A stretch of DNA of 64,000 nucleotides, from positions 41,795,741 to 41,859,740 of the forward strand of contig CM041465.1 in assembly GCA_023213395.1 (NCBI GenBank). The letters are read 5' to 3'. The notes below the pieces were generated by a model. It ran no database searches, was not told the DNA's origin, and saw only the letters and a list, made by a program, of their open reading frames with translations. Position numbers and translations under genes: made by a program. Source of the stretch: Cycas panzhihuaensis. Taxonomy: Eukaryota; Plantae; Cycadophyta. The number at the start of each line of letters is the position of its first letter. Within the stretch, counting starts at the first letter, position 1. Of the stretch, positions 52,118-64,000 are shown piece by piece.

Positions 52118-55059
52118 AGCTTGATCCCTTAATGCTTAATTTTGGTTTTATAGATAACTCATAACTATTATTACTAATTAATCAATGAATTAAATTTATT
52201 ATACATCTCCACATTTTATCTTAATTAAAAAACTCTATAAATTAATAACTTCTCTCAAATAATAATCTTTCAATAATCAAGTGATATTCTTTTATCTTTC
52301 ATTCATTCAACCAAATAAATAGGTGATCATTGTATGCTTCAAGTTAGGTAATTATTCATCAACTCTATATCCTTTATTTAAGTAGTACATAATACCATAT
52401 AAAATATATTAAATTCATTTGAGAGATTTCATTATCATAATGTACAACATGTATTTGTCTATTATCCATTATTAAATAGGTTCTCATTACTTTACATCTT
52501 AAATTATATGCCTTAAATAAGTATAAATAAGCCTTAATATATCTCTTTTTATCAATGTTCAACTAAAAGTATGTTTAAACTTATCATCATATATTTATTT
52601 ATATTATTGTATATCTAAGATCTTTTAAAATCATAAAAATTTGTCAAAATATAACTCAAATTGCTTTAAGAATATACTTTTTTACTATGCCAAAATTTAT
52701 TTATCAAATTTTACTAGTTAAAATCTCTATGATGTAATATATAAACTATGGATTATCACCACTCATTTCATCCATCTCTTAGTCTCCTTTCTAGTGGTTT
52801 ATATGATACTCAAATCTAAACTCATATGAAAAGGTTATACTTAAAATAATATTATCATGTCATAAAAAATGCATTAAGGTAATAATAGTACTTATTACTA
52901 AAATATTTATAACTTGTTATTTTAACATCTAATTAATTTTAAACCACTTTTGATCAATAATTAGACTTTAATATATACTTATTCTAAACATATTTAAGGT
53001 TAGTTAGATACCTATAGCCAAAGTTATGTCTATGTAAAGTTATAATAGTAGATTTTTTATACTGTAGATAGTAGTGGATAATAGGCCAATATTGAAATCC
53101 TTATAACTTTCATAATTTTGCTCTAAACCTATAGGGTAAATATTTGAAATTTATGGAACAACTATGCTCATCTTAAATATATGGTCTCTTTTCCCAAATT
53201 TAGTCATTTACACCTCCAAAATCATAAATCTTTAATAAAACACTCATTACTTCATATCTATTTTAAACCTCTTTAAATACTCATAACATGCAACTTAAGA
53301 TAAAAATACCTCATATTATTGGTTTATTTTGGTGCCAAGACACCCTTTAAATGGGCTTAAATATGATCTTCTTTATCGTATTCCATCTCAACACTATATA
53401 TGATTGATGTTTGTTTTACTCATACTAATGGAGTATTAACTCTTAATCTCACTCTTATAAGGTGATTAATCCTACTTAGGTAATCATAACTCATTGATGA
53501 ACTTTATAAATCTACATGTCTTAAGAATATGGCTACCCACATCATAACTAATATCCATAAGTAACCTAATAAATAAATATTACTATTAGTTTGAGTGCTT
53601 AGCTCTTCAACTTCATCTATAACTCTTATTATTTAACTCTTTATCATAGCCTTGTATGTAGTCACCAGCTTTTATATTATATTGATTTGATATTGGCTCA
53701 ATGTTAGCTTTTTACAAACTCATACTAATACATATAATGCATGCATAGATCCTCCTTAGATGATAAATATTATCACTATGTATATGTGGTATTCAACCTA
53801 CTTTGTCATGCCTCTATTATACTACTTTAATATGACATATTCTCAAGACCTTTGCCTTAACTTTCTAATAAGTCTTCTTAAGATATCTTCACTTATGTTC
53901 TAATACTTTATTAAAACTTACAAAATTATTTATATTGAAACTTTGATATGATGTTAAAATTCTTGAATAATTTATCATACCATGTTGACATTATGATAAT
54001 CACTAATATAATCAAGTAGGTAAATAAATATAATCATATGATTAATAAATAATATAATGAACATAATAAATGAATAAAAATAAGGAAGATAAGATAAGGG
54101 AAAAGAGTTAATTAGGATATCATATATGTGATACTATGTTTAATATGGGAAACCTATAAATAGAAAAAATTACCTCTAAGTATATATGAGATCTCATATT
54201 AATAAAAGATAACCACAAATCCTCATGATGAGTCATCTAGCCTTATAACGAGGACTATGTGATCTAAGTTACATTATAATATACATTGTTCTTATATAGT
54301 TTTATGACTTCATAATCATTTAATAATATTCACTGATACATCGACCAATAAAATTATGTGTGTGAATCTTTCACATCAACTAATGATGACTTACCTACTA
54401 ATTAAACATTACATTAGCTTTTGTAAAATTTAGTATTCTAAAAATACTAAAGTTGAATATCATGTTGTCTAGTAAGTGTCCTTTATAAGTTCTTTCATAT
54501 TCATATAATAAAGGATATATAGTAGGGAGAAATTACCTTTATATAATGAGCATGCATTTTCATAAGATATATACTAAAGGCATATTTCACCAAATAGACA
54601 TCAAAAACATAAGTAAATGGTTATGAACTAAGTTTATAGATTGTGGGAAGAGCATATATATGTCAAATTAATTTAGCTCACCTATTACTATATTAACATT
54701 GGTGAAAAATCTAAAAATAGATGGAATTTATGATATTAACAATGGAAGATATATAATAAGGTAATGGTTCATGGTGTAATTCTAATTTTGTGGCAATCAT
54801 AAAATTAATTACTAAACTAGCCTTCTATGACATAACTTACCTTAGGTTCAAAGAGTCTCTATTTAAATATTCAACTCTTTTAATTATATCATCTTCCCTT
54901 TAAAGTGTACAAAAATTAGAGAGATTAAAAATAAAAAGGAATTTTAGATCCTATAATATTTTTAGAAAAGTGAACTTTTTTTCAAAGATTATTTTAAAAG
55001 AATTAGGTGTTTTGATGTATTATGATTTATGAGTTAAGATGTATTATGTAGATTAATAT

Positions 55060-55157
55060 CAAATATTATGTCAATAATAGTGATGAATATGCTAGCAGTC
55101 TATAATATGTTATTGGGAAGAGAATGGGCCCATGAGATAAGGGCATCCACCAATATT
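55060..55157 (+). pseudogene. Non-chromoviral Gypsy aspartic protease C-terminal remnant
   Basis: IIVMNMLAVYNMLLGREWAHEIRA resembles the YNMLLGRPW protease end; cut by the LTR at 55158. Confidence 0.55.
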
Positions 55158-56028
55158 TGTTGGAATAATGCCCCTTGTGAAGTGGTATGCAAGCCACCAA
55201 AGCTTATCTCAGGCCCTCAAATGACTACCTTGGGCCACCAAGTTCTGACTCATAGCCACCATCCACTAACCAGGTAAGTAGTATGTATTATTTTATTTAT
55301 TTTTTTATTATTTATTACTAATGTCAAGTTGAGGTGATCCCCTAACTCCCCAAACTATATATTTAACAGGAGTACCTCCCTAGTGTTTTTTCAACACTGC
55401 CTTCCTTCTATGGAGATTATTTACTTTCTTTAGCAATGGATCAAGCTTTGTAATCTACTTGCTTTTCCCTCATCACCAACATTTAGTATCAGAGCCTGCC
55501 AAGTTGATGCTACAATACTTTGTTCACTATTATTACATTAAAACTATTGTATTTTATATTAAAACTTACCATATCATTAATGCATCTTCATATTTCATGA
55601 TTTAATTATGTATACATCTATATTATTGTGTTTAATCTTTGTATCTATGTGTGTGCTCCTCCATTTGGCATCTTGCAAGCTACTATAAGTGTTATATAGC
55701 CCCATAAGATCTCTTGTTCAACCCTCTGTGGCTTTGTACAACCTCGTATGGCACCTCCAGCATTGTTGCATGTTGTTTCTTAGTCATTCTAGCCTTTGCA
55801 TGGACCTGCATCTCTCAATTGAATCTCTGGCCTTTATGAATACTCTACATGCCTCTATAGGACCCTGCATCCCTCCATCAACTATGTAAGCCTCTTGCAT
55901 TTGTTTCCCTTTATTTTGTGAGGCTTGTTTGAGCTTCTTCTTACTTCATGAGAGTTGGGTGAGTCTCATGGCTCCCTACATGGCTACTCTATTGTTTGGA
56001 CTTCTCTCTCTATCGTTTGCCCTCTATG
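55158..56028 (+). mobile_element. Element G: 5' LTR (55158-55481), PBS and leader, truncated or interrupted
   Basis: TGTTGG...CCAACA followed by TTTAGTATCAGAGC; LTR related to 58289-58639. Confidence 0.85.
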
Positions 56029-58288
56029 TGATGTACAGATTTTTTTTTATCTCTGAAGATCCTTGAGTAGCAGAGAAGATCACTAAAATCCTTTTGATCT
56101 AAGTTACTTGATCTACTTCTCTAATCTCTATTTTTTCAAACTAGAGATCATTCTTTATTTGAAGTCATTATTGCTCTCTCCTCCATTGATGAAATCGACA
56201 CATATATATATTCATTTCATCTGTCTCTAAGTTATTTAGACTGCAGAGAAGATAGATCTTGATTTCATCAACTCATTTACAAGAAATCCTCTCTGGATCA
56301 CTAGTATATTTGTTGAATCATGTAAAACCATATCGCCTGATTAAATTTCAATTATTTTTATTGATTTATTTTATATTTTTCTAAAGTTTAAGTTAAATTT
56401 GATATTATTTGAGATTCAAGCATGTAACTTTATGTTAGCCACTCTCTGGCCTTAGCCCCTAGTTCTATTTAGTCTATACAACCTCTCTTTAGGTAGATTC
56501 TAAATAATAATAAGATATATTTTATAAATTTTGATTATTCAAAAACTATATTTCACATTCTATAATCTCTTAAGTCTAGAGCCCCCTTTGGGCCTTAGTG
56601 GGTGATCATATTAACCCCCAAGTGACTAGACCATATTGATTAAAAGGGCTTAGCCTCTCTTCATCTATGTTCTGATTCCTAAAAGAGGTCCTTGTGTTGT
56701 TTCTTTAATATCTTGAGTTCTAAAACTCTATTTTCTAAATGATTGGATTCGTCAGAAAGTTTTTTTGATGCTCCACATTTTGTAATAGTTTTCATTGTGA
56801 TGTAATACTATTTTATAGATCTTTAAAGCTATTAAAATTGGGGCTCTGATTTAGTCCTGGTTAGATAAATTTTCTGATATTTTGAGCAAATTTTTACACT
56901 CTAACTAAATATGCTTGTTTAATATATAGGTACTAATTAATTATTAATAATATTTAATTATATTTAGAGGCTTACAATTATTTTTATAACCTTTTAGCCT
57001 CATTTTGGCTTCTTGAGAATCAGGAGCCCTATTTGGGATTAAAGCATCAAACGGGCACTATCTATCATTGTCATTCTCTTTCTTTAGCATATAAATCTAA
57101 ATCTAAAAGATTTCTTAAGGTATATTCTAGTTATTTAAAGTTTTTTTTTTTTATCTACTTAAATACTTCAAGTTGCACTTAGATTGCATGTGACTCTAGA
57201 AAGGAGCATTCTTTCATTTCATTCCCATTTATCAAAGAAATATTTGCTAGAAAATTTATATATCTCAAGCTTCTTGATTCATTAGTTAAAGGAATATTTC
57301 ATTTACTTTAAAGCCATTATATTTTGAAAGCTTGATAAGTGTATTACAATGCATAGCTACAAGTTATTTTTTGGCTCTCTAAGCCTTTTTAAAGCATACT
57401 TCATTGAAGCATCTCATTACATCTTTACTTGCTTACTTCATAGATCTTCATTTTAAAGATTCATATATTTATTATTACTTGAAAAGATTATAGTTTGAAT
57501 ATTGAACTTTATTTTTTAAAAGTTTACATGCCTTGCATTCTTTAATGAACCTTTTAGCTATACTTGATTTAAAGGCATTTGACATTAAAATTTTTCATTT
57601 CTTTAGTTTATTTTTTTGGCTCCTTATTGATCAATTGAATCTTTTAGAAAACGTGCATATAGTTTCTTTCAAAAGAAAGTTGTTTACTTTATTTTTCAAA
57701 GGAGCATTTATCATTTTTCAATTTGAAAGATAATCAACTACATATTTTCATTCATTCAATATTTATTTTGCTTCATTATTAAGAAGAAATATTTTTATCT
57801 TATTCCTTATTGCTATCTTATTTTTTAATAATGAAATTCATTCAAAAGCATCATTTATTATTTTTCATTTAAAAAGTATTAGTCTTGCTTATTGTTAAAG
57901 TTTCTTTCAATTTTTTATTTTAAAAGGAATCATTTCTTGATTGAACAAGGTTGCATTAACATTTATCTATCTCATATTAAAAAAGATAATTGCCTAAATT
58001 AACCTCCTTATTTCTAGCCTTGCAAGGGGAATGGTTGGGACCCCTGAGGTTACCACCATACACACACCTTTGGCCTACTCATATTAGATGATGAATGTCA
58101 CTGGCTATTAGGTGTATTAAGTGGTAGGCTAAGGTGAGAAACCTATCTGATTCTAGAGTTTGGAGACCAAGGCTAGACCTAGAGAGGATGAGTGCCTTGG
58201 TTGTAAAGCCATCACCGCTAGATCTATTATTAGGCATAAGATCAGTGCAAGTAGATAAATAAGTCAAAGAGGTCTAACACCTTCTTTG
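56029..58288 (+). repeat. Large LTR of family X (probably Gypsy), interrupted near its 3' end by Copia-H
   Basis: Starts TGATG (inferred start); ~57300-58260 is the inverted homolog of 63180-64000. Confidence 0.7.
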
Positions 58289-61200
58289 TGTTGGAAGCAA
58301 GGTGTAGAGTGGAAGATTACATTAGTAAGTGCATAGTTGGAAAGAGAAAATTAAACTTCCAAATAATATGTTGGTAGTGTTAAAAAACACCAGGGAGGTA
58401 TTCCCACCTCATTTATAAGCAGGTTTGGGGAGGCGGTAAGTATCTCAACCTGACACAATAAAAATTCAAAATAATATTATTAAGAAATAATTAAATGCAT
58501 ACCTCAATATAGATGCTTTAGCTCTTTTGACAACTAATGGCCACTACTAGGTGGCCCGAGGTATCCTAGGGAGGCCCAAGGTGGCTTTGAAGGGCCCTAA
58601 GTACACATTAATATAGGAACATCGGGTATTATCCCAACATTCTCCCCCATAATGACCAATGTAAATAACTCATAGTTTGTCTCTAAATTTTTAAAATTTG
58701 ACTTTTCCCAATGCTTTTATAAAGATATCTATCACTTGGTCTTTGGTATTATAATATGCTAATTTAATCTCTTTTGCTTACACTAACTCTCAAATGAAGT
58801 GATGTTGTATCTTAATATGTTTTGTTCTGCCATGGTAAACTAGGTTCTTTTCCATCTGTATTATACGTTGATTGTCACACCAAATTTTTGTGGGGCCTTT
58901 ATGTTTTAGCTAAAACTCTTGGAGTAGTCTTATTAACTATACTATTTTGCATGTGTTAGCAACTGCTACTCTATACTCTACTTCAACTGTAGATAGGGAA
59001 ACTATATTTTATTTCTTATTGCTCCATACTATAGCTATTGATCCCATATATAACTTGAAGTTGATTTTTTGTCATCGATGTCGCCTGCCTAATTTGAATC
59101 TGTATAACCTATTAATCAAAATTTTGATGAAGCTTTATAATATAACCCATATAGTAAAGTTCCTTTGAGGTAATGAAGAATTATTTTAGCTACTTATTAA
59201 TGAGTAGTCTTCAGATTTTGAATGAATCTAGATACAACACTAACTAAATGTGTTATATTAGGTCGAGTGGATGTCAAATAGATTAAGCTATTGATTAGTT
59301 ATCTATAGAGTGTAGGATTAATTAGTGTAGAATCATTTGATTTAAAGAGCTTAATTCTTGTTTCTGCTAGAGTTAACAAAGATTTACAGTCAAGCATCCT
59401 AAACTTTTATAATAGATCCAAGGTATATTTTCATTGGGAGATAAAGATTTCATTCTTATATTTCCATACTTCTAAGCCTAGGAAGTAATGCATTAGTCCC
59501 AAATCCATCATTTCAAACACTTTATGCATAGCATCTTTAAAGTGTCACAACAGATTAGAGTCATTTTCAATATAGACAAGATCATCTACATAGAGTCTTA
59601 CAATTAGGATAGAGCCTCCTTTGATTTAAATATAGAGATTAGGGTCTTCTTGAGATCTTTCAAATCCTTAATCTCTAAAGTATTTCCTTATTTAGAAATA
59701 CCAAGCCTTGGGTGCTTGTTTTAATCTGTAAAGTGCCTTTTTAAGTTTTTATACTTTGTTTTCTAACCCCTGACTTCAAAATCAAGAGGTTGAGTGATGT
59801 AAATATTCTCTTCAATATAACCTTTGAGGAAGACACTTTTAACATCCATTTGATAGACTTTCCATCCCATTTGGATATCCAAACTCATCATCATTTGAAT
59901 TATTTCAAATTGAGTAATAGGGGCAAAAGTTTCATTGTAATTAATGCCTTTTATTTGGGCATAATCTTTAACAACCAATCTAGCCTTATATTTATCAATT
60001 AATCCATCTAAGTAGAACTTGGTTTTATAGATCCATTTGGTGCCAATTATCTTTTTATTTGGAGGTAAATTAACTAATTTCCAAGTGTCATTTTTAACAA
60101 TGGAATGGTATTCATCTTCCATCGTCTTTTTCCACGATGCATGTGCATTAGCCTCATCAAAAGTTTGAGGCTCATGGGACTCCAATACTTTGCTTATGAG
60201 GGTAAATTTTACCCTATGTGAGCAAGTTGATCTTTGAGTGTTATCCAAGATGTTGCCTATGTCATGATTTTATTGAACCTATTTTGGAAGATTTTATGGT
60301 GGAGGTTGAGAAGAGCTTCCCTTCCCACTAGGTTCATTGATGACTCGTCTAGAGTCAAACATAGAAGGCACATACTTTTATTTGGTAGATTTATCAAAAT
60401 TGATTACAACTTCTTTCTTCTTTTCTTGAGTATCTTGATAATAAGAATCTTCTTGAAATTTAATATCTTTACTCAACATGACCCTCTTTGAATTAGGATC
60501 ATAAACTTTGTATGATTTAGAGGTTTTACTATAGCCAAGAAATATACATTTGATACTATGATCATCTAACTTGGATCTCCTTTGGTCAGGAACATGTATA
60601 TATACTAGGTACCCAAAGGCTCTTAAGTAATATACGCTTAGTTTATAGCCAGTCCAAGCTTCTTTAGGTATTTTCCACCTTAGGGATTTGGTGGAGCACC
60701 TGTTGAGAGATAAACAAATGTATGAACTACTTATGCCCAAAGTCATAACCTAAATTCTTATCCCTTAACAAGCACCTAGTTATTTCGATAATTGTATGAT
60801 TCTTCCTCTCTGCTACACCATTTTATTGTGGAGTGTAGGGATTGGTGAGTTGCTTTCTAATTCCATGATATATATAATATGCTTTAAATTTGTTGGAAAT
60901 AAATTCTCCCCCATTTTTTGATCTTAGAAAAAGTAGCTTGTGCTCACTTTGTTGCTCCACAAAGGTATTGAAATCAACAAAGTGTTGAAATACATCCATT
61001 TTAAATTTAAAAAAGAATATCCATGTCTTCCTAGTGTAATCATTAATGAATGTAATAAAGTGGCAAGATCTTTCTAATAAGGGGACATCCATTGGACTAC
61101 ATATATCTATATATACTAGCTGAAGTAGACTAGTTACCTGATGACTAAAATTTAGAAAGCTTTCCCTATGTTGTTTACCAAGTAGGCATCCTTCACATAG

Positions 61201-63060
61201 AGGTTTTTTCACTTCGATGCTTGGTAATCCATTTACCATATCTGTTCTTTTTATTAGGACCAAACTGCTATAGTTAAGATGGCCAAATATCTTATTCCAT
61301 AATTCACTATCCACTTTGACTATAGTTCTTAAGGCATAGGTATCTAAAGGAGTAAGAATGAGTTTAAATAGTATATCTTTGGTCATTTTGCCTTTTGCTA
61401 CTATATCCATGTTTCTCTTTTTATCCTTGATTATATACTCATCATTTTCAAATATGACCTTGTAATCTTATCCCATTATCTGCCCTATTGATAATAAATT
61501 TTTCTTTAAGACATGAACATACAAGACATCATCAAGATGTCTATACTCTTCTATATCTATCATGAGGGCTATGTTACCTCCACCAATAGATTTATGAGAT
61601 GTATCATTACCAAATATTATTGATCCTCTCTTTCTTTTGTCTAAGGTATGAAATAGATATTCCTTTTAAGTCATGTAGGTCAAACAACCTAAGTCAATAT
61701 ACTAACTATCATCCTATTCTTCTTTGGCAGTAAAACTAGATAAGAATAGTCTATTGTTATCCCTTATTTCTATAGTGATATGAGCACTCCCTTTGGTGGG
61801 TGGTCCATGTTTGGAGAAATACTTATCTTTTGTGTGACCACTATGATGACAATAGGAGCATTATATGAATTCTCTCCTTCCATAACCTAGACTTCTATTT
61901 CTTGGATGAGTTCTATCAATATAGGAAAGTCTCCCATTTTTCTCATAATATGGAGCTAGATTTTCTCTTTGTCTATTGTCATAGTAATATTGATTTAATC
62001 TTGAAGCTTGGACGTTCCCTTGATAATTAGGGTAATATGAGTGTCCCTTAGATTATTTTTCCTAATTTGGGTACCTAGGAGGATTCATATTTCATTAATT
62101 TCCTCCTTACCTCCTTTGATGTAGAGCTTGGTACTTAGCTGGATCTTATCTCAAGTCCCTTTAGGGTTTCTATCCCTTCTCTTAAGAGGTGATTCTCTAA
62201 ATTTTGAAGTACCCACTTGAGAGTGTGATTGAATCCTAGCCTTAGTGCAAAGGTATGCTCAAGTAATTCATTGGTATTCTATTGCTCTTTAACCAACATT
62301 AACATGGCACTCAGTTGCTCTACTTTTAGTGTACTTAAATCTTTTAACACCCTTATACTTATTGTAACGATTTTAAATCTCCTAACACTACCTACACACC
62401 TTAATATTCTTTCTAACACTCATTGTTCTATTAATGTATTCTCAAATGATCTCATTTGGTTGACTATATCTTGAACTTTAGTCATGAACTCTATTATTGA
62501 TTCAATGGGTATCATTCACAAATTTTTAAATTTACTCCTAAGGTTTTGGAGCTTAGATGAAGCAGTTTCTTTATAGATTAGCTAGAGGGTATCCCATGCT
62601 TCCTTTGATTTAGTTGACTCGCTAACCCATGGGAAAACATGATCTTCTAATGTACAAAATATAAGTGTAAGTATTTCATTGTCCTTTTTTACATTTTCCT
62701 TGTATGTTACCTTTTCAGCATTGTTGGCATTTTGTCTTAACTCACTATATTATGTTTTCACAATCTCCCACATATCATTAGCAATGAGGATGAGTCTCAT
62801 CCTCCTACTTCAGTTTAGAAAATTATTACCAACAAATTTAGGAATTATCATGTTTCTAAAACTAGATGTCATCTTTTAGCTAAGGTTTAAAAAATGATAA
62901 ACAAAGTGAGGTTTACAAAGATTTGAGTTTGAATTTTAACCTAAGGAATAATGTCCAAAGTTTTGCCTAAAGTTTTCAAAGTCTCCTAGTCCTTAATAAG
63001 GTTTCTAAGCTCTAAGTTCAAGGGTCTCCAAGGGAAACCTCCAGTTTATATTTTGTCTAG
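58289..63060 (-). mobile_element. Copia-H: degenerate Copia with 3' LTR (58289-58639); 5' LTR not in the window
   Basis: TG...CA LTR, PPT GGGGGAGAA 58640-58648, complete gag-pol remnant. Confidence 0.92.
58655..62872 (-). pseudogene. gag-pol: Copia-H gag-pol pseudogene
   Basis: MTSSFRNMIIPKF start, LWNKIFGHLN..CEGCLLGKQHR, KNGGEF, KLDDHSIKCIFLGYS, KYKARLVVK, YQMDVKSVFL, YVDD, WCDNQ. Confidence 0.93.
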
Positions 63061-64000
63061 TGATGATTACCCATAAGGGGCAAAACAGGGACCCAATATA
63101 TTAGTATATGAGCTCAAGGCTTGATATACCTTAGTACGTGGGCTACTATGAAGGTTGTTACATCCTCATGAGTTATTGGTCCATCTACACTGGACTTATT
63201 CCTAGTAACAGATCTAACAATGAAGGTTAAACTAACCAAGACACTCACCCTCTCAAGGTCTAGCCTTGGTCTCCAAAAATTGATAAAAGATTGGTTCTCC
63301 ACCTCAGCCTACCACCTAATATACCTTATAGCCAATGAATTTCCTCATCCAATTTGAGTAGGATGATTGGTGTGTGCATGGTGATAACTTTAGGGGTCCT
63401 AATTATTCCTCTTATAAAGCTAAAAATATGGTCTTACTTAGCTTTTATAAGATTCCTTTATGTAGGGAATGAAAATAACTCAAAAAATAAGTCCTTTAAG
63501 CAAGACAAAATATAAAAATCAAATTTTCATGAAATGGAAATATGATTCAAACTTCCTTCGAATGAAAATATATTATAAACTTTTTTTAAATCATAATAAA
63601 GTAAGTAAATGAATCAATGATGCTCTTCTTCTTCAAATGAACTAAGAAATATAAGCTAGTATGCAAACTAGTATTTTTAAGTTGATATATTTGTAGGAAA
63701 GACAACAAACTATATGCTCCTTTTAAATGTAATTTAATAAGAAATCCTTTAATGCTTTGAATGTCAACTAGGTTTCAGAATATCAAATTGAACTTTAAGA
63801 CAAAATAAATAATCAATGAAATTTTGCAACTTTCAAGTTGAGAAAATAAACTAAAGCTTTTGATTAAAAAATAGAATGATTTCTTGACTAATATGCAAGT
63901 CAAAGATATAGGATTTTAAATGCCAAATTGTTCCTTTATAAAGAAAGAATAACTATATGAAACTTAAAATTTATAAATAGAATCTATGCTTAAAGTGATT
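63061..64000 (-). repeat. 3' end of a second family-X LTR in opposite orientation, running out of the window
   Basis: Ends ...TAATCATCA on the minus strand at 63061; shares TTTGGAGACCAAGGCTAGACCT and GTGGTAGGCT blocks with 58120-58180. Confidence 0.8.

Larger units (their letters stand above)
46032..54442 (-). mobile_element. Element F: old non-coding LTR element with Copia-type termini
   Basis: LTRs 46032-46290+50442-50718 (split by element E) and 53909-~54442 are collinear; decayed PBS at ~53897-53908; possible TSD AAACA/AAATA; no recognisable protein in the ~2.5-kb interior. Confidence 0.8.

Noticed and set aside
9801-55495. tRNA genes
   Set aside because: Only 11-12-nt PBS complements of tRNA-iMet are present; no cloverleaf was seen.
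790-63302. Short ORFs in the track as host genes (e.g. 790-981, 5579-5863, 15617-15835, 32464-32685, 47170-47394, 57533-57733)
   Set aside because: They are antisense shadows of TE pol, LTR sequence, microsatellite translations or low-complexity F/L/I-rich chance ORFs, with no domain support.

Overview
A 64-kb, strongly AT-rich eukaryotic intergenic or heterochromatic window with no intact host gene, RNA gene or CRISPR array that I can support. The protein remnants and LTR/PBS style point to a land plant, probably a gymnosperm (inference). The window is a graveyard of nested, mutationally decayed LTR retrotransposons. From left to right: (1) 3' half of a minus-strand chromoviral Ty3/Gypsy (1-3518); (2) 3' part of a plus-strand Tat/Ogre-type Gypsy (~3522-18369) carrying an antisense, possibly spliced plant-mobile-domain (PMD) ORF and interrupted by a full-length Tork/Tnt1-like Copia (5126-10475); (3) a ~3.3-kb-arm palindrome made of two inverted copies of one truncated Copia (18385-32413), the left arm interrupted by a younger Copia (19076-26358); (4) a Tekay-like gag-PR-RT fragment; (5) a chimeric Copia with two RT regions (39775-44937); (6) a non-coding LTR element (46032-54442) hosting a non-autonomous LTR element (46291-50436) and a solo LTR (51441-52117); (7) a further nest of Copia and Gypsy LTRs around a minus-strand Copia (58289-~63060). 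Almost all decay is C>T/G>A, including in CHH context. The best candidates for something undescribed are the Copia fold-back palindrome, whose left LTR has a PPT on one side and a PBS on the other, and the antisense PMD cassette preceded by an antisense LTR-end/PBS relic. All alignments and identities were done by eye.
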